Origin: Toensbergia leucococca
Taxonomy: Eukaryota
DNA: 33,171 nt
Reading direction: 5' to 3'
Assembly: GCA_022813965.1 (NCBI GenBank)
Contig: JALDZS010000006.1
Span: forward strand, 248,001 to 281,171
Under the pieces are notes generated by a model, which ran no database searches, had not been told where the DNA came from, and was given only the letters and a program-made list of their open reading frames with translations. Shown in pieces: positions 23,026 through 33,171 of this stretch. A program made the translations under genes and the position numbers. The number at the start of each line of letters is the position of its first letter. The first letter of the stretch is position 1.

Positions 23026-26000
23026 TCAAGAATCCCACAAACACTCACTGATAACCATCAAACAATCCCCCAACCCCCTCCTCGCCGCAACCGCCACCTC
23101 CCGCGACGAACTCGCCACCCCCTCCGAAAAGCACAAGCCCACCAACGCCTTCATCTCCTCAAGACTAAAGCCCCACTCCTTCCCCTCTCCCGCCTTCACC
23201 CGCCCCACAATCGCGTCAGCGCCCTCCCCAAAAAGGTCAAAAAACTGCGCGCTGCGACTCAACATGACTTCTGGCTCAATGGCCTTGAGGTTCTGCTGTA
23301 GCACGAGGATGTTAAGTTGCATGCGGCCGCAGCCGTTTAAATTCATGGCGGGGATTTGAGAGGCATTGGCGACGAGGATATGGTCGGTCAAGAGAGCAAG
23401 GCCAGTTGTGAGGAAGGTTTTTGGGCGGGTAGGGAGGTGGATGCTGATTTTGGTATCGAATTTGAGGAGGTCGGCGTTTAGGGAGAGGATTTGGGGGGAG
23501 GGTTCTGTGGTTGGATGGAGGAGGAGGTAGGGGGTTTGGAGGGTTTGGGAGGTCATGTGGATGATTCCGCAGCGTATGTCGATGTGGAGGGTTAGGAGGG
23601 CGGTGATGGCGAGGGAGCGGAGGGAGGCGAGGATATTGTCAAAGGGGCTGGGTTGCATTTAGTGGGGATTTAGGATTGGGATGGTGGAGGAGTACTTACA
23701 TGGCTGTCTCGGGGGTCATAGGGAGGTAGACGAGGTTAGTTTCGTCTTGCAATTTGTGGTCGTTGAGGAGGGTCCATCGTCGACTTTGGCGGGCTTTCAC
23801 CGATTCCCGATGTGATGATTCAGATGGATCTTGAATGATATATCGGAGTTGATTGAAGCGACTTGCGAGCCATTGCTAGAGCTGGTTAAACATGTGCCTT
23901 GTTGAAGAGAGCTTAAGACTTACCATGCTGGTATATAGTAAACATAGCGAAGTGACGGTCCTGCGGTCGGAGATTATATCAAATGGTTCCAGTGGCGTTT
24001 CGTTGGTTTTGGATATAAGAAGATGGATCTCCTAGAAGATGTGAGCGAGTATGGATGACTTTTGTTCTGTCACGTACCTTAAGTAAGAGATCCTCCCGGT
24101 CTGGAACTTCGCTTTCCCAGAGCTGTAAAACAACCTCTCGTACATCTCCAGCCTCGGCCATAGCAGCTGCCGTCTTCAGACGTGTACCTTCCTGGGTTTG
24201 TGATCTCGTCAGTAGAACTGCGGGGCTTTAGCTTTGCCAAACTGAACATACATAAAGACGTACCTTTATACCACTCGCAGCATTTGTCATAGTATGTCAC
24301 CATCTGGGAGATTAGCAATTGTGTGAAAGCTTGATCTTGAGGTATAGTATCGAGCATCTTGCAAAATGCTCTGATGAGTGCGAAGAATGTGCATGTGCCC
24401 TAAAATGGTCAGAAATGGCTGAAGATGAGATTGCAGCACGCGAGAACATTACCTTGAAAATCGGTTGTGACGAATGTTGAGACCATTGAGAGTCTTCTTG
24501 AAAGGCATCGAGTTCGATCATTGACTGCGAACAGAGTTCCGTGACAGTTTCTTCGAGTTGTGGATGGAATACATTAACTAGGAAGTCATCGAGAAATGAT
24601 GTCAATGTGCTCATGGCAATGTCAGAGTGCGGCGGTACAATGTCTTTCAATCGTTCAAGAAAGGACAGTGAGGGTGGTAGAAGCAGTGTAATATTGAAGA
24701 CACTTGGCTCAACTAGCAGCTTATGTCCCGCTACATGCCCATCGCTGGCGATACTCGTATCGTTATGGCTGACACCTGATCGTCGTTGGGATTTTGAGAC
24801 CAGTCCAGGGACAGAAGTCTGAAGGATTTGATCGAGTTCCTCTTGCTCCGTGGTTAGCTCGGCCGACTTCTTGTCAATTTCTGCCAATTTGAAAAGTCGC
24901 TACAGTCCGTTAGTCAGGCATGAGGCTCTTCAATATAAGCAACTTGCCTTGTTCTTATCACGCATGGTATTTTGGAAGAGATTGGTTCCTGCGCTTGGAG
25001 TCTGGCCAGCTCTAGAGAATGAACTGCCATCTGTTGCAAGGTAATCGTGGAGTATTGATCGCATCTAGAAGGGTTAGGAAATCGCCTTCATTGAACTCGG
25101 ATTCCCTAGCAAACCTCGCTCTGATATAATTTCCACATCTCCTTGAACCCCCCTGTCAGAGTATTGGAATGTCTCAGTCCCTCTCGCTTGATGATACCAG
25201 CTATAACATCATGCATGGCTCGATGTCCTTCGGCGATAGCTTCGAGTTTCGAACACAGTGTCCAGAGAAGATCGTTCAGTACATCACTTCGGCCGTTAAT
25301 CCCAATGGACTCGAAGTCTAGTACTCCTATCTCGGCCTTTTGAACGGGACGCAAATGCGCTGGGTGCCGAACGTCGACCTCATGATTGATCTTACCCACA
25401 AGAGCAAATAGCTCTATCGGTAGACGTTGCTCAATTCGGTCAACAGCAACCTCGAGGCGTCCTAGCTTATTCAACGACTCGATGATCATATGTATATAAT
25501 TGAAACTATCGGCTTCAGGATTTTGCGAAGCATCATCGTTCATCTATATAAAATTAAAATTGCCTTGAAATCTGAAAAATTTATCAGGATACGCACAGGT
25601 GAGGACGTGTCTAGGTTATCAAGAAATTGATAGAGAGGTCTCCCCCAGGAATTAGCTATAGAGAAAATTAATTGAGACTCATCAAGACGGCGTAGACTTA
25701 GAGCATACGCATCAACGAAGGACCATTTTCAAGCTCTAGCGCATTACTCGATTGAGGCGTATATGGCGTCCAACGATCTTGACAATACGGAGACTTTAGA
25801 TACAGATGATCATGTAGCTCTTCTACCAGGATGTCTGTTAATGACTGTCCAGACAATTAGTAAGACAATCCTATGATTACGACATAAGACTGACAGTCTC
25901 TTGATTGCTAAAGTAGACCCTGAGGTCTGCCAAAGCACCAATCTGTTCCATCTCCGACTTTCTTATTAACCGCAAAGCATCTTGTAGTATGTCAACCGCT

Positions 26001-27081
26001 GAAAGGAAGTGTTTATCCGATATTCTGGCATCAAGTTGTTCAGGAACAAGCTGTAACTTTTCACTACGCAAACATTAGCTATATCTCTAGATGGTATGAG
26101 TTGGGCATAGCTACATCTGGCCTAAAATTTGGAGCATATCATCGTATTTCTGAGACGATGCCCCTAGTATTTTGAGTTCGGGGTTCGTGACCATCAAATT
26201 CGATTTCGCGTGATGAATCGAGTCTGTCAAAGATCGAACACGGCTTTGAGACGATTGGATGCTTGACTGAATTTTGTGGAATGTCCCGATCGAGCTGTTG
26301 AATCCTTGGTGATGCTCTAGGGTATGTTAACGTGGTAACCTAAAAAGGTACTTGATATCGAGCCTACCATTCACAATAGCCTTCAAGGCAGTTTGCAGAT
26401 TATTGTTCGTGCTTTGAAAGTCCTGATAGTCGTTTCCCCGACCCAAGGAACTATCGTCCATCAATTGCAGGGCAACATGGACAGGTACACAGTCATCCTT
26501 GGTCATGATATCCCATCTATCTTGGATGTGCCCGAGCACGCCTTTACCGAGGAGTTCAATTAGCGTAGATTCTTTATGAAGCGCTGCAGACCAGAAAGGG
26601 AAAACAGCACATATCCAAGATACAGATAGACTGACATCACAGACGCCGTAGATGCTCAGGCAAATAGCATCTAAAGCAGCTCCTAGGACAGCTGAGGCTT
26701 ACCGGACGAGAGAGGCTAACCTTCGATTTGTCTTGCTCCTGGCCCATCGCCATATCGCCTTGTACCATTCAGAGTTGGCGCATTCCTTTCCCTACTTGCT
26801 GTTCGGCTATGTCCAGCTCCAATGCCTCTCGCGGATCTTGGAGGCCAGTACTCGTTATGTGGCTCAGGCTCATGATTTCGGGTCCGTGGTGAAAACAGTG
26901 GTGGGGTGTCCTCGGGAATTGAAAGAGTATTGTCTTGAAAGCCGCCATAACCTCCTTCTCGTTGTTCTCGACTGCTCCTCACTGGGCCGCCGTTTTGATA
27001 GGCCTCAATATCCCGACTCGGAGAAATTTGGCTGTGATAGCCATTCGTATAACCGTCGATGCCGTTTTGGAAGCGCGACAT
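23026..27081 (-). CDS. SEC8: Exocyst subunit Sec8; 14 exons (27081-26721, 26541-26368, 26316-26115, 26063-25895, 25844-25709, 25655-25597, 25543-25115, 25064-24948, 24899-24453, 24399-24264, 24217-24078, 24031-23924, 23875-23700, 23647-23026); 1091 aa
   Basis: Motifs CVPVHVALQLMDDSSLG, LKAIVNEHHQGFNSSIGTFHKIQ, ILVEELHDHLYLKSPYC, NPEADSFNYI, HKLLVEPSVFNI, GCGRMQLNILVLQQNLK. Twelve GT-AG introns plus one GC-AG intron give a continuous 3276-nt frame. Confidence 0.94.
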
Positions 27082-27320
27082 GGCCGAGGTGATGCGTATG
27101 GGGCTGAATCACCCTTCAGGAAGACCCATAGCTGATCAGGGACGGTCTCGTACTTTCTAAGCCTCTAGGCAAGAGTGAATTTCCCTTTCAGAAGAAAACA
27201 TCTATTCGTAGAGCTCGGATTGTCCTCCTACCTTGATTTAAGCTCAGCATTACTTGACGGGTCGTCCCGCCAAGCGAGGTTTTCAAAACCCTAGCAGCCG
27301 AGGGAATAAATATCTCCCAC

Positions 27321-27327
27321 TGAGTCA
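27321..27327. promoter_or_regulatory. Gcn4/CpcA recognition element TGAGTCA (distal) in the SEC8-ARG7 divergent promoter
   Basis: Exact TGAGTCA (= TGACTCA on the other strand) upstream of an arginine biosynthesis gene. Confidence 0.7.
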
Positions 27328-27527
27328 CTCTCACTCTATTTACTACAACCAAATTTACTTCTTCTCTATTCTGAATGTGATTTTAGGTACGTGAATGAGG
27401 AGTCGGATTAAATTCTACAGGATACTTGAGCTATAACATAATATACCCCAAATGTTAGTCTTCCCCGTCCCGTTAGCTCTTATTGTCTCCTTTTCAAATC
27501 CCTATAGTTCTATTGTATCACTGCGAG

Positions 27528-27534
27528 TGAGTCA
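27528..27534. promoter_or_regulatory. Gcn4/CpcA recognition element TGAGTCA (proximal)
   Basis: Exact TGAGTCA within the near-palindrome AGTGAGTCACT, about 140-190 bp upstream of the candidate ARG7 ATGs. Confidence 0.72.
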
Positions 27535-27671
27535 CTGCCAATTTCAAATATTATAGATATCCTCTACCATACTTTCAAATAGCCCGTCCTACACTCCTCC
27601 GTCTTGTTTCAATCAATTGTCTCGCATGCAAATCAATTGACTTCCTCTGCTAAAACTCCCTATCTATCTCG

Positions 27672-29090
27672 ATGCAGAGTTTCAATACTTTTATTCCATG
27701 CACTAAAATCCCCCAAGACAAAATGTCCCGCCTCATAAAACCACTACCGCAAATTCGCCATTACTCCGCCCCTCTCGACAACGCCATCGCAGCCGCCAAA
27801 AGAAAATATGTCCCAAACACCGGCACCTATCCACAAGGCTTCCTCGTCTCCGGCACCCACGTCGGCGTCAAACCCAGCAACAAGCACCACCCCGATCTCG
27901 CCCTCCTTGCCTCCTCAACCCCCTGCTCCGCCGCCGCCGTCTTCACGAAGAACAAATTCCAAGCCGCCCCCGTCACCATCAGCCGCGAAATGCTGCACCG
28001 GCGCAACGGCGAAGGTGTCAGAGCCATCGTCGTCAACTCCGGCTGCGCCAACGCCGTGACTGGCGCTCGTGGCCTCGAAGACGCAACTAGCATGGCCCAC
28101 ACGGTCGACACCTGCTTTTCCCCGGCCACCAACGACCCAAGCAGCACCCTCGTCATGTCCACCGGCGTGATAGGCCAGCACCTTCCCATCCAAAAAATCC
28201 TCAGCGCCATCCCCACCGCCCACGGTGCACTCTCCGACACCCATTCCTCCTGGCTCCGCACCGCCCGCGCAATCTGCACAACCGACACCTTCCCCAAACT
28301 CCTCTCCCGCACCTTCACTCTTCCCTCCTCCCCCAAAACAACCTACTCCCTAGCCGGCATGGCCAAAGGCGCAGGGATGATCCACCCCAACATGGCCACC
28401 CTCCTCGGCATCCTCTGCACCGACGCCCCAATTCCAGCCTCCACCCTTTCTCCCCTCCTCACTCATTCCATTACCCGCTCCTTCAACGCCATCTCCATCG
28501 ACGGCGACACCTCTACCAACGACACCGTCGCCCTCCTCGCCAACGGCGCAGCAGGCGGGAAGCCCATCAACTCGCTCACCAGCCCTGACGGAGCCGCCAT
28601 GCAAGAAATTCTCACAAGCTTCACGCAGCAGCTCTCCCAGCTAGTTGTCCGTGATGGCGAAGGCGCTACCAAATTCGTGCGTGTCCGCGTGGTCAACTCC
28701 CGCTCCTTTGACGATGCTGCCAAAATCGCCTCCACGATTGCACGGTCTCCGCTAGTGAAAACAGCGCTTTACGGCAAAGACGCAAATTGGGGGCGCATTC
28801 TGTGTGCAGTCGGGTACACTTCTGGGGTAGAAGATGGGACAGTGGTACCAGAGCGGACGAGTGTGAGTTTTGTACCAGTGGATGGGAGTGCGGAGCTGAA
28901 TTTATTGGTCCGAGGGGAGCCTGAGGCTGTTGATGAGGAGAGGGCAGGGCGAATACTGCAAGATGAGGATCTGGAGATCAGGGTTGATTTGGGGGGTGGG
29001 GAAGGCGGCAATGGGAGGGAGGAGGCGAGCTATTGGTTTTGTGATTTCAGTCACGAGTACGTGACCATCAACGGGGACTATAGGACATGA
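27672..29090 (+). CDS. ARG7: Mitochondrial ornithine acetyltransferase / ArgJ; intronless; start may be 27672 or 27723
   Basis: [34 protein letters not shown], autoproteolysis motif [37 protein letters not shown]-terminal [25 protein letters not shown] resembles a presequence. Confidence 0.97.
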   Translation: MQSFNTFIPCTKIPQDKMSRLIKPLPQIRHYSAPLDNAIAAAKRKYVPNTGTYPQGFLVSGTHVGVKPSNKHHPDLALLASSTPCSAAAVFTKNKFQAAPVTISREMLHRRNGEGVRAIVVNSGCANAVTGARGLEDATSMAHTVDTCFSPATNDPSSTLVMSTGVIGQHLPIQKILSAIPTAHGALSDTHSSWLRTARAICTTDTFPKLLSRTFTLPSSPKTTYSLAGMAKGAGMIHPNMATLLGILCTDAPIPASTLSPLLTHSITRSFNAISIDGDTSTNDTVALLANGAAGGKPINSLTSPDGAAMQEILTSFTQQLSQLVVRDGEGATKFVRVRVVNSRSFDDAAKIASTIARSPLVKTALYGKDANWGRILCAVGYTSGVEDGTVVPERTSVSFVPVDGSAELNLLVRGEPEAVDEERAGRILQDEDLEIRVDLGGGEGGNGREEASYWFCDFSHEYVTINGDYRT

Positions 29091-29319
29091 TAAGACAAGG
29101 ACTTGGCAAAGAAATCGACATTGGATATGTCGCTGCTAAATACCTGACCACACGTGATTACCATGAAATCTTGGGCTGTAATTCATCATAATTATACAAT
29201 TGGGACATATTTACAAAGGTATATTGTACCACACATGGGACATGCGTACCACTTCAAAACTTTTATGATCTGAAGATAGATGCATCCAAATACTCTTTGC
29301 GTTTCCCCTGATCCTTCCC

Positions 29320-30985
29320 TTAGCCCATCACCATACCTTTCAATCCAGCCATGTCACCCTCCTTGGCAGCAATTTCAAAGTATCCGTAGATAATTCTGGA
29401 AGGGATCAGCAATGCTAAAACAAATCTGCAGCAATCGACTCACGTAACAGCCAACAGAATGCCCGTTCCAGAGCCCAACGCTCCCATAAGATCGCTTGCG
29501 ACAGACAAGGCACCGATCATAGCGCCGCCAAAAGCAGCAGCAGTAGGTATGACTCTCTTGAGTTCTTTGTACATACTCTGCTCTCTGTGTCCAGCCATGA
29601 CCAAGCCTTGCTCTTTCAGTTGCTTTGCAACATCTCTAGGGGCAGATCCCGAAACTTCAATCCACGTTTTTGAGAATACGGCGCATGCTACCAGCATAAA
29701 GACAATATAGATGGCGGTATGAATGGGATCCATGAGAGCTTCGGTAAAGTTCAAAGGTGGCGACATATAATATACAATACCTGAAGCAGCGTAGAGTTGT
29801 GCTGAGCCTCCTTCACGAGGCTCCCAGACGCCGAGAAGCTTGACTAGGAGATTCTCAGAGAAGCGTGAGTAAAGTGTCTGACTAAGGAGGAATATGTTTG
29901 AAGACAAGGCAGACTGTAGCATAATTGGCATATTCGATGTGTAGAACAGGCGGACTGGATACGAGCCTCGCATTCCCCTTTGACGAGAAGATTTTACAGG
30001 AATCTCCACTCGGAAGCCTTGAAGGTAGATGACGGCAGCGAAAACGATGAGGGTGGCCAGAAGGTTCATGATATTAGGAAGATTCTGCCTGTAAAATGCT
30101 TCACGAAGGGCTCGCTGTTTATCAGGCCAGGTCAGGAGGAGGTGGAAGAGTGCAATGACAGCGCCTTCAAATTCTGGTCCTCGGCCAGTATTGATGGTTG
30201 TGGGAGAGAATGCCTTCCAGATAATAGACTCGCAAATATTTGTGGCCATGAACAGGGAGATACCACTGCCTAATCCATATCCCTTTTGCAGCAATTCATC
30301 TAGTAGAATAACGATGAGACCAGCGACGACCAATTGTACGACTAGTAGCACGCAGACGCCAGCGCCCAAGTCTGAAGGCAATCCGTATAGACCAGTGAGG
30401 ACGAAAACACAGGCTTGACCAAATGAGAGGATGATGGCGAAGAGTTTTTGAGCGGTTTGATATAACTCCCGGTCTGTCTTCAAATCCAAGTTGACATCAA
30501 TGAGATGGGTTCCAGCGAGAAGCTGGTTTCACGTTAGCACCAGTTCGTGTCACAGGGTAAATAGCACTCGCATACTTGGAAGACCATGCCTGAGGAAATG
30601 ATTGGTGTAATACCCAACTCCATTAGAGTCCCCCTATTACTTGCTAACATCATCCGCAGCCAGTACAGAGGGTCGGAAGTGTCTGACGACACAATGCCGT
30701 AAAGTGGCATTTGGCTCATAACCAAGAAGATAAGGAGCGTCAACTATTTGAAAAGGTAGCGTCAGCAGATTCCTCGATGCGATTATGTAGTATCGAGCTT
30801 ACCCCGGTCCACATCAGCTTCTGGTTGAAGGGTACTTTAGTCTCGGGGGAGACAACCTCTGGGAGCAGAGGCGTGAAGGGCTTGATGAGATCCAGGAAGC
30901 GTACTAAACACGATTCAGCGTCAGGTCATATTTGGAAGCAAAGCCTAGTAGGCGCGCAGGAGTTTCCAGACTCACAGGTACTCAT
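29320..30985 (-). CDS. SEC61: Translocon subunit Sec61 alpha; exons 30985-30976, 30903-30803, 30743-30576, 30522-29444, 29395-29320; 477 aa
   Basis: [20 protein letters not shown]...[26 protein letters not shown]...[15 protein letters not shown]...[15 protein letters not shown]...[18 protein letters not shown]. Four GT-AG introns. Confidence 0.98.
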
Positions 30986-31450
30986 GATGGGATCGGTGCC
31001 GCAATGCGGACTTGGATATGCTCAAACCGCGGATAAAGACGCCAATTACGAAGGTGAGCAGACGAAGGTAATGAATGGTACTCTGTTAAGAAAGGGAATG
31101 ATAGAGAGGTTACAATAACGTGAGCTTGAATTTCGATCAAGCTCGTGCGAAAGGACACCATTTCCATCACGCTAGCAACGCTTATTTACCTACCCTCCCT
31201 CCCTCCTACGTAGTACCTTAGCCTTCACCCTCCGAGCCTCCCAGCTATTTACTCTCCTCCTCTCCTCCTCTCCTCTTTCTCGATTCGATCCTACTCCCAC
31301 ACTACGAGTACCTACTCCAACTCTTGAACATGATGCTCATCAAAATATCATGAGCTTCTAGTCCGAATCGAAGCGGGGCATTACTCCTTACTAAAAGCGG
31401 CCCTGTTCCAATTTCGTTGCTAGATTCTTGACCTCTTTCGTATTTACAAG

Positions 31451-32442
31451 ATGCGCATAGCTGTGTTACAATTTAACCCTCACCTAACAAAGCTTCCGGA
31501 GAACATCAATCGAGCTAATTCCCTGATTGAGCAAGCCGACCTCCAAAATCAACATGTAGACATCCTAGTGCTGCCCGAGCTAGCTTTTACAGATAATGCT
31601 CTCCAGCGCCCTCGTCACATAGTCAACTGATTACTCTCCTTGCAGGCTACAATTTCTCGTCTCTCAGCGCTATTGCCCCATTCCTAGAACCCACCGCCCA
31701 AGGCCCAACAACCCAGTGGAGCAAGGAGACGGCTTCGCGTCTGAATTGTATCGTCAGCGCCGGTTACCCCGAATGCGCTGTCCCGCCATTGACGTTGCCT
31801 TCGCCTACAAACACATCGTCCACTCTCAATCCACCTTCACCACCTTCTAGCATAGCCTACAATTCTACTGTCACTATTTCCCCGACTGGAGATATCTTGG
31901 CCCACTACCGCAAGACCCATCTCTACTACACGGATGAAACATGGGCCCGAGAATCTCCTACAGGCTGGCTGACAGTCTCTCTTCCTACATCCCCCAACGA
32001 AGAAACCCGAACAGCCTTTGGTATCTGCATGGATTTGAACCCGCACCGCTTTATTGCGCCCTGGGAAACCTATGAATTTGCTACGCATGCCTTAGAGTCC
32101 GAGGTGAAGCTAGTCATCTGCAGCATGGCGTGGCTGACAAACATACCGCCTTTAGAACTTGCTGATAAAGCAAAGGAACCGGATTTGGCGACTCTAGGGT
32201 ATTGGATTGAGAGGTTAAGTCCATTGGTGGAGAAGGCTGCGGAGGAAGTAGTAGTGGTGATTGGGAATCGGTGTGGGGAAGAAGAGGGAGAAGCTAGGTA
32301 TGCGGGGACAAGTTGCGTGATGGGTGTTGGTAAGGGAAAGCTTCGGCTTTGGGGATTGATGGGAAGAGCCGAGGAGGGGGTGTGTATTGTAGACACTGAG
32401 GAGGCGCCTTCGTGGAACATTGCTGTCGGGGCTGCTCTGTAA
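31451..32442 (+). CDS. NTA1: Protein N-terminal amidase (nitrilase/CN-hydrolase superfamily); exons 31451-31592 and 31646-32442; 312 aa if the AT-AG intron is spliced
   Basis: MRIAVLQFNP...DILVLPELAFTG|YNF...FLEPT...SAGYPE...YNS...HYRKTHLYYTDETWA...FGICMDLNP...CSMAWLT...YWIERL...NRCGEE...YAGTS. The Glu-Lys-Cys triad is intact, but the intron donor reads AT, not GT. Confidence 0.85.
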
Positions 32443-33171
32443 GTATTTAATTACTTTTCAATGGGACTGAGCATACGTCGATTAGAAGGAAAGTACTTTA
32501 ATCTCGTCTTTGGGGAGGTATAGATTTTTTGTTTGCAAGACCTTTACTGCCTTAGCCGAGAAGACTTCCTGCTTGGAAATCGTTGACTTCAGTTTTGCTT
32601 CTTTACCAGACTTTCCTATTTCATATATTCATGAATCTAGGGCGCTCTAGCCTCCAGACATTTTCATCCCGTTCCTGTCCCTTTCTCTCAATAAATTCCT
32701 CTCGCCATTTTCTCTCCTATCAATCACCATACTCTCATCACCCACGAAGAACCAATCCATCAACAACCCGTCATTTCTCCAATTTGCCTTGCTGCTTTCT
32801 ATGATACGTAAAATCGGTTCGCTTTTTTCCATGGCAGCCCCAGCCCGATCATCACTCGATCTTCTACCCAATAACCCCTTTCCCACCTTTCCACCCCTTC
32901 AACCCATCCCATTCCCCTCAGCAGCAGAAACCTCCAGACCCTCAGAAACCTGCCTCAAACACCTGCAATTCCAGCAGCTATTGTAGCTCGAAAATGCACC
33001 GCCCTTCCCTTTCACACCCACTCACTCCTCTCAAAATCCCCCCCCCCCCAAATTTAAGATAAACACAACAATAACTTCCCAACCCCCATCCCCCCTACCC
33101 CCCATAAACCCACAACTCCACTCCACTCCCCTCCCACACTCACAAACCCCACCCCCCTCCCCCCCACGAGC

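Noticed and set aside
27808..29011. Long antisense and alternative-frame ORFs over ARG7 (likewise over STH1, SEC61 and the orphan genes)
   Set aside because: Expected shadows of biased codon usage; no independent coding signal.
32583..33171. Short ORFs and the C-rich tail at the window end as a gene or telomere
   Set aside because: No coherent protein and no TTAGGG/CCCTAA array; probably another low-complexity skew block.
1..33171. CRISPR arrays, prokaryotic defence systems, rRNA/tRNA genes, secondary-metabolite cluster
   Set aside because: The sequence is intron-containing fungal DNA; no repeat-spacer array, cloverleaf, rRNA signature or PKS/NRPS/terpene backbone gene was seen.

Overview
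Eukaryotic DNA from a filamentous ascomycete (Pezizomycotina-like; short GT-AG introns with CTRAY branch sites). Two housekeeping blocks are present: RPL2 / BAR-domain gene / SNF2-STH1 ATPase (0.3-8.9 kb) and CBF1 / SEC8 / ARG7 / SEC61 / NTA1 (19.6-32.4 kb). They flank a more accessory-looking stretch (9.3-18.1 kb) with two orphan ORFs, a decayed GRE2-like reductase pseudogene missed by the ORF track, an F-box-like-motif gene and a secreted S10 serine carboxypeptidase. I reconstructed exon structures by hand; all spliced CDS lengths are multiples of 3. I found no rRNA, tRNA, CRISPR or transposon, and no convincing novel multi-gene system. The most unusual observations are: (1) the only plausible NTA1 intron begins AT rather than GT; (2) SEC8 needs a GC-AG intron and has a long first intron whose better-consensus donor would introduce a stop; (3) a structured, probably intron-containing CBF1 leader with a 4-codon uORF and upstream Cbf1-type sites; (4) an unannotated, apparently spliced unit between CBF1 and SEC8; (5) repeated C/A-rich then G/T-rich skew modules that ignore gene orientation. 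Gene identities come from recalled family motifs, not database searches.
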